Origin: Candidatus Poribacteria bacterium
GTDB lineage: Bacteria > Poribacteria > WGA-4E > PCPOR2b
Assembly: GCA_965198175.1 (NCBI GenBank)
Contig: OZ240245.1
Location: 4,064,001-4,128,000 of the forward strand
Length of the DNA: 64,000 nucleotides
Direction: 5' to 3'
In this document: positions 20,287 to 30,278 of the stretch, piece after piece
Layout: every line of letters begins with the position of its first letter
Position numbering within the stretch: position 1 is the stretch's first letter
Program-made: the position numbers and the translations under genes
Notes under the pieces: generated by a model
Database searches by the model: none
What the model was told of the DNA's origin: nothing
The model's input: only the letters and a program-made list of their open reading frames with translations

Positions 20287-21580
20287 CTAAAAAAGTGTAA
20301 GCTGTCGATCTAAACACTCAGCCTGAGTAAAATCTTGTGGTTCGTATTTTCTGCTTTCCTTCCAAGTAGCATGAACGCAGTATTCAAAAAGCTCTCTTTT
20401 ACTGTTGCGTTTTCTTACCACCTTGTTACCAATATTTGTGAATCCAAGGGATTTCAAGGAATCCCCAAGTAGCTTTTCCGTCTGAACTTGCACACCGTAA
20501 AAACTGGAGTTGCCAACAATGAATGTATGTAATCACTGCACCTTTCTTCAAGCTTTTTCGCAAATTTTGAAGATGCAGGTGCATGTCATGAAAATATTTC
20601 CAGACATAATTCGCCATCAGTAAGGCATTCTTCTTTTTCGTTTCCAGAATTTGGAAAACAACAACATCCAAAGATAGCGGAAGTTCAAGTTCATTTGATG
20701 TCCAATCTTGAAGCCTGCTAGTTGCAACACCCCATGTTCCACCAATTGCTTTCCAATCCAATTCGCCAGCTTCCCGGGCAGAATCGAGAAACTTCGTCCA
20801 ATACATGTAAGGGCGAAGTTCACGAATATAACTTACGCGGTTTGGATATGGCGGGGACGTGATAACGTATGAATACTTCACGTTATTGATTGAAACCGGT
20901 TTTCTTGAATCCTCAAAATGCACCGATGCTGAACCAGTAAGTTCATCGCCGGTACTTTCGACGATTGCGCTTAATATTTTTTGATATAAGGAGCCAATCT
21001 GCTCAATTTGATAAGTTGCAACTTCATTCTGAAATGACATGGATATATGGTTGAATGCTGCCGAAGATGTTTCAATTACCAAACGACAGAATGCGATCCA
21101 GGCCAAGTTCGCAACATGGTCTCCTTTCGGTTCCCCAAACTGATTGACAAGTGCCTTACGAAGTGCAGCAAGCGCCTTCAAAGTATGCTCGCACCACCAC
21201 CGTGTGATATTATGTATTTCGGGCACCCAGTTATCTCTATCCGCAATACTTCTACAATCTGCAAGCACTTTGTTGTTTTCTATTTTCAGCCTTTCCAGTT
21301 CAGCTTTTGAGTAGTTCCGACATTTGGCATTTCCAAACCAAATAAGAAATGGGTTTATATCAAGACAATGTGCAGATAATCCATGCTCAGCAGCAACCAA
21401 ACCGCTTGTAGCTGTCCCAGAAAAAGGATCGAGAATGAAGGCATCCTCTGGGATACTATCAATTATCTCCTTTACCAGCTTGACCGAATAAGCGGGGGTC
21501 AAACGTAGCCATCCATGCCTGCCGAGCATTTTGTTGTATTTGAATGTATAGTCTGACCGTTGCTGAAATTTCATGTCCAT
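20287..21580 (-). pseudogene. Amino (N4-C/N6-A) DNA methyltransferase, frameshifted near the C-terminus
   Basis: DPFSGTAT then TSPPY; 4-bp duplication (AATG AATG at 20518..20525) breaks ...ITYIVGNSSFYGVQV. Confidence 0.85.
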
Positions 21581-22380
21581 TACTCAGCACTCCGTAGTGT
21601 TTCGAGCACATTATGAATTTCTTTCTTTATTTTCGTTGTGTGATGTTTGAAGAAACCCGCTAAGTCGTAGGTCAAAACTTGTTCACAGAATGCATACAAG
21701 GATACGTTATTATTACCGCAAGTCGTACCGATGAGTATCCCGCAGCGATTGTTTCGGTATCTTAAAACAATGTCAGTATCAATTTGTGAAGAAAAAACTG
21801 CAAACACGGGTAGGTAATTGTTTGCCCATGCCACCGTGGCGTTGTCAATGTCCGCATTTTGACGTTTGGAATCCTTGCTTTTGTAGCCCTGACGAACTTC
21901 AAAAACTATGCCGTTAGTTGGTTCGGAAACTTCACCCAATTCCGAGCAATAGTTTTCTGTCCACTGCTTAACGTTGGTCAGTACCCTTTGATTCTGGATT
22001 TCTGAAAGTTCTAACCTGCCATCTAGAGATAACTTCTTCATTTTGCCGGAACGTGTTTTGGTGGTGTATGACCATGTGGCAAATTCAACATTTTTCTAAC
22101 CAGTCGTATCCATCAATACTGCGCGAAATAGCCGTTCACAGCCAATGCCAATCTGACGGTACACGGAAGTCATGCCACCCGCAAGCCGGTGGGCGGCATA
22201 CATAAGGTCCGTATCAAGACCGGTCCATGAATAGAAAGGATCTGAACTGTAAAGTGTCTTGAACTCGGTCAGAGAAAAGCCTTCTTCTTTGTTCCCATGA
22301 CCAAACTTCGGTCGGTAACTCTGGCACTTCCTTACGGGGGCTAAAAATGTTTCAAGGTATCGCTCTTCGTTTCTCGTCAC
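21580..22380 (-). pseudogene. Putative type II restriction endonuclease with an in-frame TAG
   Basis: ORFs 22096..22380 and 21580..22041 share a frame and are split by one TAG at 22096..22098; SLDG...FEVR resembles PD-(D/E)xK; lies between two MTases. Confidence 0.75.
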
Positions 22381-23086
22381 ATCATCCTCAATGCGAGTTT
22401 ATTTGTACAAAGCCTCGATGACATGGCTAACAGTAGAATGGGGAAAAATTCTGTTTTAAATTTGTTCGGTCCCTTCAATCCATAAGCCGAAAGCCGATTT
22501 CGAGCCAATTCGCAATAGCCCGTGTCAATCTCAACGCCAACACCGATTCGTCGGTTATTGTGCGCCTCTACTAAGGTCGTTCCGCTGCCCAAAAAGGGAT
22601 CGAATACAACGTCCCCAACGTAGCTGAACAACTTGATGCAGCGATAGGGCAACTCACGCGGAAAGGGAGCGGGGTGCCCTACCCGTTTTTTACTCTCACC
22701 GTTAAAAGTCCATACCCCATTTGTCCATGCCATAAACTCATCGCGTGATACATCTGACTCTTTACTGCCGAGCTGCTTCTTCCAAGAATCCTTATACAAA
22801 ATGACAATTAACTCAACAGGGGCAATGACAAAGGGGGCAGACGCGGACATCCATGAGCCCCACGCCGTTCGACGAGAGATATTTCCTTCATTCCAGACAA
22901 TTGTGGCGTGGTAGTTCCAACCCACCTCCTGTGCAATTGTGGTGAGGTCCGCACCCACGCTACGATGGCCACCCTTGTTCTTATCGAGTGGAATGTTCAG
23001 CAGTAGGCGAGCGTGCGGCTTACTCCATTGATAGCAATTCCCTATCCACTGCCTACTAAAATCGAGGTAATCTTCATAACTTATCG
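22377..23086 (-). pseudogene. Beta-class DNA methyltransferase, 5'-truncated
   Basis: LNIPLDKNKGG, HPAPFP, DPFLGSGTT present; the N-terminal SPPY motif is missing and replaced by unrelated DNA. Confidence 0.85.
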
Positions 23087-23367
23087 TGTTCATCTCCCTC
23101 ACCTTCGTAAAGGTGTACCTCAATGATTGATGAATCAAATCCGCTGAGCGCTAAGGCAAACACATCTTCCTCACCATGTTCGTCATCGTCGTGATCGTCT
23201 TCCTCCTCCGGAGATTCAGGGAAAAATTCATCGCCATCGTGGTCAAGGAACACGGTGAAAACGTCAAGCTCGTCTCCGACTTTGAGCGTGATACTTCCCT
23301 CATCCATCCCCTGAAATTGGCGGTAAATCTCGTTCCCGTCAACCTTGAGGATAAAGCCGTCAGCATT
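23087..23367 (-). pseudogene. Internal fragment of a second copy of the His-rich lipoprotein (matches ~4530..4810)
   Basis: Roughly 90% or more nucleotide identity by eye over ~270 bp. Confidence 0.92.
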
Positions 23368-23368
23368 C

Positions 23369-23612
23369 GTAGGTTGGGTAGAGCGGGGTCGGCAAGGGTT
23401 GCCACATAGTGAGGATTGGTGTCGGGGGCTGAGTTCGTTTGAAATCTGTTATGATGCAGCGAAACCCAACGCTTTTCTTGTCTGTTATAGTTAAGGGTGC
23501 CGAGCGTTCTGGGGTTTGGAATCGTCGTTTTGTTTGAGACATTGAGAAACGTTGGGTTTCGGAGAAAACTATCGCCTTCGCTACCCGCTCAGTTGATCTC
23601 TACCCAACCTAC
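23369..23612. repeat. GTAG-family REPIN/MITE-like element, copy 1
   Basis: Terminal IR GTAGGTTGGGTAGAG / CTCTACCCAACCTAC; inner IR CGAAACCCAACG / CGTTGGGTTTCG. Confidence 0.88.
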
Positions 23613-23754
23613 AAGGACTTCATTGGGTGAATGAAATAACTGCGGCAGAAATTACAGTTTTTACAGTCTATAAAAAAAGGGGAATTTAGTCGCGAGGGAA
23701 GCATTGTTTTTGCAGGTTCCGGTCACGACACACTCACAATTACATTTAGCATTC

Positions 23755-23997
23755 GTAGGTTGGGTAGAGCGGGGTCGGTAAGTTTGCCACAAAGGGAGGA
23801 TTGGTGTCGGGGGCTGAATTGGTTTGAAGTTTGTTATGGTGCAGCGAAACCCAACGCTTTTCTTGTCTGTCATAGTTAAGGGTGCCGAGCGTTCTGGGGT
23901 TTGGAATCGTCGTTTTGTTTGAGACATTGAGAAACGTTGGGTTTCGGAGAAAACTATCGCCTTCGCTACCCGCTCAGTTGATCTCTACCCAACCTAC
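23755..23997. repeat. GTAG-family REPIN/MITE-like element, copy 2
   Basis: Near-identical direct copy of 23369..23612 with the same flanks (AGCATTC before, AAGGACT after). Confidence 0.88.
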
Positions 23998-24320
23998 AAG
24001 GACTGCGAACCAATCAATTTCCGAGAAACGGTAATTGTCCTTAATCATAATCTTAGTATTCTAAGCCCTTGTACATCTACCTCAATTAAATGGAAAATGG
24101 TTTCACGCGGGATATTTCCCATGTAATTATACCAAGCCGAGCGAAGCGCCCTTGTTTATGTTGAAATGTGTCGTGATTGTGATTCTATCACACCGCCGCT
24201 ATCTGACAACAACCATTCTCATCCTGGCCGAACAACAGTTTGTCTGCCAGGCTTTAACCCTTAAGCTGTACATCGCTTCACCGCACGCCATTTTCCATTC
24301 CGGTGCCAAGCGTAAATTCC

Positions 24321-24349
24321 TTGACATCTGGGACTTCAAAGAGTATAAT
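24321..24349 (+). promoter_or_regulatory. Consensus sigma70 promoter upstream of hicB
   Basis: TTGACA-17 nt-TATAAT. Confidence 0.75.
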
Positions 24350-24429
24350 CGAAAGTTAACGGCGGCGCAACCAAATGCGTCCTCATAACTAGACACTAAA
24401 GTTGCTTCTCAATGCTAGGGGACATCATT

Positions 24430-24716
24430 GTGAACGTCAACACCACCGCGTATTATACGATTACTGTGCTTTTAGACCCTCACAAGAGGGGGGTTATACA
24501 GTAACATGCGAGGAATTGCCAGAATTGATAACCGAGGGAGATTCGGTGGAGGAGGCATTTAATAACACTATTGATGCCTTCATCACAACGCTTAAACTAT
24601 ATGAGAATTTAGGGCGTGATTTGCCTGATTCTATTCGGTTGAATCGCAAAGCAAGGCAAGTTCCAGCAGATATGCGTGAGTGCTTTGAAACAATAAATCC
24701 CAAATCTCTAAAGTAG
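24430..24716 (+). pseudogene. HicB-family antitoxin, frameshifted near 24483
   Basis: The GTG-start frame YTITVLLDP shifts into EGGYTVTCEELPELITEGDSVEEA. Confidence 0.7.
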
Positions 24717-25370
24717 AAGTGGCGCGACGACTTACTGGTTCAAAGCCACCTTACCCTCGCCAAAAAACGTGCGCATGTCTAGTGAATTATAGGGTTTTAA
24801 CGCGCACACCTAAATCCCGATGCACATCGAACAAGTCTTCCGTCAAGAACGTCCTACTCTAGCCGTAAGACTAGGCTAGTTGCTCACGTTCAGCCTATGT
24901 CAACTGCTCGTTTGTCTCAAGCAACCTTCAAATGTCCAATCATCTCAGTCATTTCCTCGCCTCACTGACTGCCATACGTAGTCTAATTGAACAGTAGAAC
25001 CTTTGCCTCTGTTATCTTGTATTTCATTGATTAAAACCTGTGTGGGCGTTTCGCCTGTGTAGAATTACAGGTAGAGATAACCTATTTAGCTGAACAAAAC
25101 AGGACGATGAGTCGTTCAAAGTGCACATTATTGTGCAATAGCGACAAAGAAATGGCACAACTGTTGTCCCAGACTGACAATTTTCACACCGCCCGCAACC
25201 CCTGTGATTCATAAGGATTTCTGTATCTACACCGAGTCCTTTCTTGAAGGTTTTTTGGCACTGGCATATATCTTGCTAAACATCAACAACGGAAGTGCCT
25301 GATTTCAGTGCTGAAGTTGAAGTATATAACGTTACGCATTAAAATCCCCTACGTTTTCGGGAGGCGTGAC

Positions 25371-26218
25371 ATGAAATCCCTAGCCTTGATGTTAGTTCTG
25401 GCGGTTGCAGCGTGTAGCGAGTCCGAAACCCCCCATTACCTATTGAGAATCCTATGGCTGTACCTAGTGCGTTGCCGCACGGCGTCCAGTACGCAATCCC
25501 TGAAGGCATACACCCGAACCTCGCCGCTTACTTCGACGACTTGCAGCCCCATATGTCTCAGCGCGAATGGCAATTCATACTCAAACAGGTGCACGACAGT
25601 TGATATGGACGGGCGGTTCCATTTAGAAAGCGATTACGATACAACCTTTCGGAACGCGCATTTCAGTATGTATTTACTACCAATGGTATAGCACTGCGCT
25701 TGCGTCCGTACAAAACGCTTAGCGTCGGGGATCGTATAGAAACTGCTGCCCATTTCTTGGGGAACGGCGGTATTTATCACGTCGATCATGGACAAGTCTA
25801 TTACACCGACGCTAGCCAACTAAGAGTGGTAGAGCTTGTAGAAGATAGAGGGAATAGAGGTATGAGCGGCTTAGGTTTAGGTAAACCTGACATCAGTCAC
25901 GACGAGTTCATCAGTAGATTCGAATCAATACGCCGGTTTATAATCGACAACTTCTTCGCTGGGCATGGTGTTCAGGTGCCGCCCATACCAGCCGATTTAG
26001 ACATCGCCCTGTTTGTGGTCAACGTCGACGGCAATCTGCTCAGCACGGTACACGAGGGTAAGGGAACGATCTATCCTATAGACGCCGTCCCTCATGCGAC
26101 GGACGCCCAGATTGAGGAGTACAACACGCTTTACAGTCCCTGGTCTTATGATTGTGTCGAGTCTGATGTAAATCCTGACGACGTTGTGATCTTTAATCAG
26201 CTGTACATTGGCGAATGA
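25371..26218 (+). pseudogene. Broken lipoprotein-like hypothetical gene
   Basis: GGAGG-ATG, lipobox VAAC; coding-like sequence continues across frame changes and an in-frame TAG at 25689..25691 into ORF 25700..26218. Confidence 0.5.
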
Positions 26219-26307
26219 CGGTTGCCGCCATGCGTGTAGGGAGGCGAGGAGTAAATCAAAAAAGGGGGATAGTGGTAAGGAAGATTACTGTGGTTGGTGG
26301 GCTTTGT

Positions 26308-26607
26308 TTAGAAACTAAGGTTGAATTGGTTCATATAGCCGTTATAGACAAGCACCCCTTGTCCGAGAATGTCTCTACCGACTAGACAGGAGATGTTTTG
26401 CCCTTGCAACGGTACTGCAGTAACGGTAAAATTAGCAACATGCGTATTATTGGGAAACACCATATTTGCCAGATACTGGTAACACAGCACCCCAGTAGAA
26501 GTTGGTGTTGTTATTAGAACATCACCGACCGGGTCCAATCCTAAGGTCCCAGGAATGTCGTCACGAATTGCCGTAAGCGTTGCGCCTGTGCCTATCATGG
26601 CAGGCAC
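26308..26607 (-). pseudogene. Retropepsin-like aspartyl protease with the catalytic Asp replaced
   Basis: AMIGTGAT where DTGA is expected (GGC at 26590..26592); CLVGRDIL motif; N-terminus missing. Confidence 0.65.
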
Positions 26608-26795
26608 ATCAATATATTGTTGTGCTTGCTCAGCGGGAGGTGAAACTTGCTATGGGAATGCTACGATTACACGGACTCGAAAGTGCTTAAAGTTGCGAAA
26701 TCCAAACGCACAGCGTTTGATGTGCGTAATCTTAAATTCTATGTTATGGACCGCGCCATTGGCAATGCGGTACCGAACGAAAGGAGACGTTCAAA

Positions 26796-27575
26796 ATGAA
26801 GCTGAATAGATTCTGTGTTGTATATATTGCGTTAATATTTTTGGCAACCGGATGCGAAAAGCAGAAGTCATCCAACTGCCCCATGATTAACCCTGAGACG
26901 ATTATCGCCATGTGGCTTTTTGACGATGACCACGAACAAATCGCCACTGATTCGTCTGGCAATGGACACGATGGGCGCTTGATGGAGGACCCCATGCGAG
27001 CCCCCGGCAAGTTTGGCACAGCTCTGCGCTTTCGCGGAGATGGCGATGCCGTCGTCGTCCCCGACTTTGGTGAGGTTGTTCCCAGTAGCGAAGTGACCGT
27101 CGTGGCATGGGTCAAACTTGAAGAGGTCAAAAATCACGACCTTTTCAGTTTGGTTCCAATTAACCGAAGTGGTCATTGGAGACCCGAGTTAGATGATCGC
27201 TTCACCGTGCACTTCCCGTGGAATAAGCCCATACCTAACGCTATTCACTGGCAATTTGGTGGAAAACAGATTAGGTTGGAACGTCCCTTGGATACTCTGG
27301 GCAGGTGGGAACACTGGGGCTTTGTATGCAGCGCGAGCCAAAATTTCATGAAAATTTACAGAAATGGGTCCGAAGTGGCGTCGCATGAGAGTGCGAGTCA
27401 ATATGTTCCGCGTAATGCGGATTTGCACATCGGAGGTCGGCCTCGATCCTTGACGGGCGGTACATTCGGGGGTATTATCGACGAGTTCGCCGTATTGGAC
27501 GTTGCGCTAGGTGAGCGCGAAATCGAAGCGTTGATGGGCGGGCTTCAAAATACCACCTTGCCGATGAAGCCGTGA
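26796..27575 (+). CDS. LamG/concanavalin-A-like domain lipoprotein
   Basis: Lipobox ATGC; WLFDD...DSSGNGHDG, GKFGTALRF, FGGIIDE. Confidence 0.88.
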   Translation: MKLNRFCVVYIALIFLATGCEKQKSSNCPMINPETIIAMWLFDDDHEQIATDSSGNGHDGRLMEDPMRAPGKFGTALRFRGDGDAVVVPDFGEVVPSSEVTVVAWVKLEEVKNHDLFSLVPINRSGHWRPELDDRFTVHFPWNKPIPNAIHWQFGGKQIRLERPLDTLGRWEHWGFVCSASQNFMKIYRNGSEVASHESASQYVPRNADLHIGGRPRSLTGGTFGGIIDEFAVLDVALGEREIEALMGGLQNTTLPMKP

Positions 27576-27604
27576 TGCGCTTTTCTTCGGTCTCTGCGGC
27601 GGCA

Positions 27605-27688
27605 GGCAAACCAGCCGTTTGGGTCGTTGAGGATGCCGCTCTCTTTGTCGCGCTTGATTTTGTAGCGGTCAATGTACCATTCCAGCGG
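27605..27688 (-). pseudogene. Short fragment resembling the C-terminus of a type ISP restriction-modification enzyme
   Basis: Reads PLEWYIDRYKIKRDKESGILNDPNGWFA in a frame not shown in the ORF track. Confidence 0.6.
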
Positions 27689-27869
27689 CGACACTGATTG
27701 CCTGTCCCCAATTGTGTTCTAAAATATCTTTGAGGCACCCTCGCAGAGAATCAAGAAGTTCATCATATGTTCGCTCTTGACAATTTACACCGGGGATGTC
27801 TTTAATCCATCCAATCCACCATTCGCCTTGTTGTTGGACAATGGCAGTATACATCTGATCTGCCTCCAT
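27669..27869 (-). CDS. HicB-family antitoxin-like protein; 3' end joined to unrelated DNA
   Basis: YTAIVQQQGEWWIGWIKDIPGVNCQERT; no hicA partner seen. Confidence 0.75.
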   Translation of the reverse strand: MEADQMYTAIVQQQGEWWIGWIKDIPGVNCQERTYDELLDSLRGCLKDILEHNWGQAISVAAGMVH

Positions 27870-28167
27870 TTTAGTTTTGGGTTTAAATTGCCATACGTAT
27901 CGACGGGTGCTTTAGGTGGTAGGAGCAGGAGTCGTAACCGTAGAGTGCTTGGTGAGAACACAGATCCCCACCTTCGTGATAAGGTTCTATATTTAGCGTC
28001 TTGATAAATCAGGGGAAGCTGGTCGTTACCTAAAAATGCCATTAGTCTTTGAAATGTCGTATGGACATCGTTACCGTAACGATGTGCCGCGCAGACCGCT
28101 TGACTTGTATTTGTCTTCCTCAGTCTTATTCAGAGCCGCCGTACGATGATTTAACGGACAATTTCTG

Positions 28168-28476
28168 TCATTCTCGTGCACGGTTAATATTTCGAGATTC
28201 CCATTCGTGAGATTGGTGTTCTTCGTATCTCCTTCGTTTGCGTTTCGAACGCCATAAGTGCAGAACAATCCACAACGGAACCGCGACAAGAAGAATGGGC
28301 CATAGTGCAAGTAGGGCCCAAAATAGATACCCAAAGAAGATGAGCGCGATCATAACCAAAAGTCCTGCGACACTATATAGAAACACCCTTAACGACAATA
28401 TTCCTATTGTTATAAAAAGTGGTATTAACGCGATGATTATGATAATCTCGAACATTTGTTCGTCCTTTTGTAGCAA
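28168..28476 (-). CDS. Small membrane protein
   Basis: Long hydrophobic stretch followed by a basic tail. Confidence 0.55.
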   Translation of the reverse strand: MLQKDEQMFEIIIIIALIPLFITIGILSLRVFLYSVAGLLVMIALIFFGYLFWALLALWPILLVAVPLWIVLHLWRSKRKRRRYEEHQSHEWESRNINRARE

Positions 28477-28719
28477 GTCCTACGCAATGTGAAGCGGATC
28501 AAATCCAGGCGCAGCGCCCATTGCCCTGATAATTTGCAGGGCATTCGGCTCCCATGTTCGGCGGAAAATGTCAAGCAAAATCGTCTGACGCCTCCTTGAA
28601 TTGTCCTAAACAATGAACTACGTAACCCCGAATCGCGTAAAATTCAGCGCAATTAGGATCTTTATACGATATCGCAGCAAACCACACAAAAAACCTATTG
28701 GCGACAGCAGGCACTTTGC

Positions 28720-29020
28720 CTAGTCCTCCTTTACCTCTTGAACATACTTTTTCATGTTGCCAGTGGGATGCAAAATAATCTCGCCTTCAATAAGCGCATC
28801 CTCAATTGCTTTGCCCACTTCTATAAAGTGAATCAAAGTGGTGTTCGACGCCCGATTTTATGCCATGCGCACGATTGCTTCTGAGCGCGACAGTCCCGCT
28901 TGTCCAAGCGTGTTTCGGAACAATCTTTCCCTTTTCTGTTGCGATTTCATCAGTAAACAAATACACAGTTAGAGCAATTGTTTTCTCTCCGTGTTTTGCT
29001 TCGTGTTCGTCAATCTAGAG
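28720..29020 (-). pseudogene. Frameshifted small hypothetical protein
   Basis: EAKHGEKTIALTVYLFTDEIATEKGKIVPKHAWTSG... continues in another frame as IEVGKAIEDALIEGEIILHP...KED*. Confidence 0.45.
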
Positions 29021-29397
29021 AATACTCCTCTGCGGATGATGTAGGGTTTACAAAACATTGAAAATTCGGCTGCTTAGGCAATTGATTAGTCTTGCCTAGT
29101 CAACGTAATAGCGACTTGCAAAAAGCTTCAGGATTCAATACACGGCCTTTAAAATCCATCGCAGCAGCCGTCATATTGATGCGAATCTCTAAATTGTTAG
29201 TTTTGGGGTTACGCATTCTCGCATCGTGCACTGTGTGAAAGTGTCGCAAGGGCGGTCGCCGGGATTGGCGACCGCGACACCCCTCAACCAATGCGATACA
29301 CTTAGTTTAACAAATCCCACCCCGATTTTCAACCGTTCATTTCCCCTCGCTCGCCCACTCTCTACAGTTCCCTGTAAATACACGTGTCAGATTTTCC

Positions 29398-29426
29398 TTG
29401 ACCGCTTAATATATTCATAGTATACT
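29398..29426 (+). promoter_or_regulatory. sigma70 promoter of the ImuB-like/dnaE2 operon
   Basis: TTGACC-17 nt-TATACT, 42 nt before the ATG. Confidence 0.7.
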
Positions 29427-29468
29427 TTTGTTAAGTTTTAGCAGATAGGATAGAGGATTCATACAACT

Positions 29469-30278
29469 ATGTTAGCTTGTTTCCTAATCGAGAACCTTCA
29501 AAATCACTTAAAAGACATCAAAGAAATGCTGGCAGTAGAAGTGCCTGCCTGTCTGCGGTGTGAAATCAAAAGCAACTCCATCTATTTAAATTTAGAGGTT
29601 TCTGAGATGACGGACGAAGCCGACGTATTCATCAGGCATTTACGCGGCGAGTTGAAAGGGATCTGTCCTGAAATCCGCGTCGGTGTCGCATCGTCCCGTT
29701 TCGCCAGTTTTGCCGCAGCGCAAAACGCAGCCCCGGATGAGCCGTGTGTCGTATCATCAGAGGAAACGACGGCGTTCATGGCAAATCAGAGCGTTTCGCT
29801 TCTGCCAATTGATGCCGAATTGCATAGGCGTCTGGACAGATTGGGGCTCTGCACCATGGGGCAGTTGGCAAACATCAAGAAGGCGGATCTAATCAGACAG
29901 TTTGGAAAGCAAGGCGTTATGATGTCAGAGTCAGGAAAGGGAGTTGACCCATCCCCGACCGCTTTCCATCGCCCGACAATAACCGATGACATCACTGCAC
30001 AGCAGCTGACGGTTTGGGGAGATGAGACGAAACTTAGCGTCTACTCCAAGCGCGTTTCGATACTGTCAAAAACAGTTGGCGGTATGGAGTTTCCGGAAGC
30101 AATTCGCCGCGGCGACGCATGGCTGTATTTTGACCGCGTGATTGATGTCTGGAAGCTGGAAGGGGACTGGTGGACAGAAAGCCCGCAACATCTGGTTTAC
30201 TTCAAGCTCTGCGCATCTGGACGTGAGCTAACGGTATGCCACGATCTTGCTAGTGATGTGTGGAGGCTATGCCGATAG
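29469..30278 (+). CDS. Short ImuB-like (inactive Y-family) protein fused to a DUF6504-like domain
   Basis: RVGVASSRFAS, LDRLGLCTMGQLA...RQFG; C-terminal VIDVWKLEGDWW...YFKL...HDL...WRL. Confidence 0.75.
   Translation: MLACFLIENLQNHLKDIKEMLAVEVPACLRCEIKSNSIYLNLEVSEMTDEADVFIRHLRGELKGICPEIRVGVASSRFASFAAAQNAAPDEPCVVSSEETTAFMANQSVSLLPIDAELHRRLDRLGLCTMGQLANIKKADLIRQFGKQGVMMSESGKGVDPSPTAFHRPTITDDITAQQLTVWGDETKLSVYSKRVSILSKTVGGMEFPEAIRRGDAWLYFDRVIDVWKLEGDWWTESPQHLVYFKLCASGRELTVCHDLASDVWRLCR

Noticed and set aside
22096..22098. Amber read-through or recoding in the endonuclease
   Set aside because: Neighbouring genes are also broken and TAG serves as a normal stop elsewhere in the window
4530..23367. 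Lipoprotein duplicate as a DGR repeat
   Set aside because: Mixed substitution types, no reverse transcriptase; better explained as a truncated paralogue
23369..23997. CRISPR array, or the two small MSQTKRR ORFs as genes
   Set aside because: Only two ~244-bp units with terminal inverted repeats, no repeat-spacer pattern or cas genes; the ORFs are incidental to the repeat
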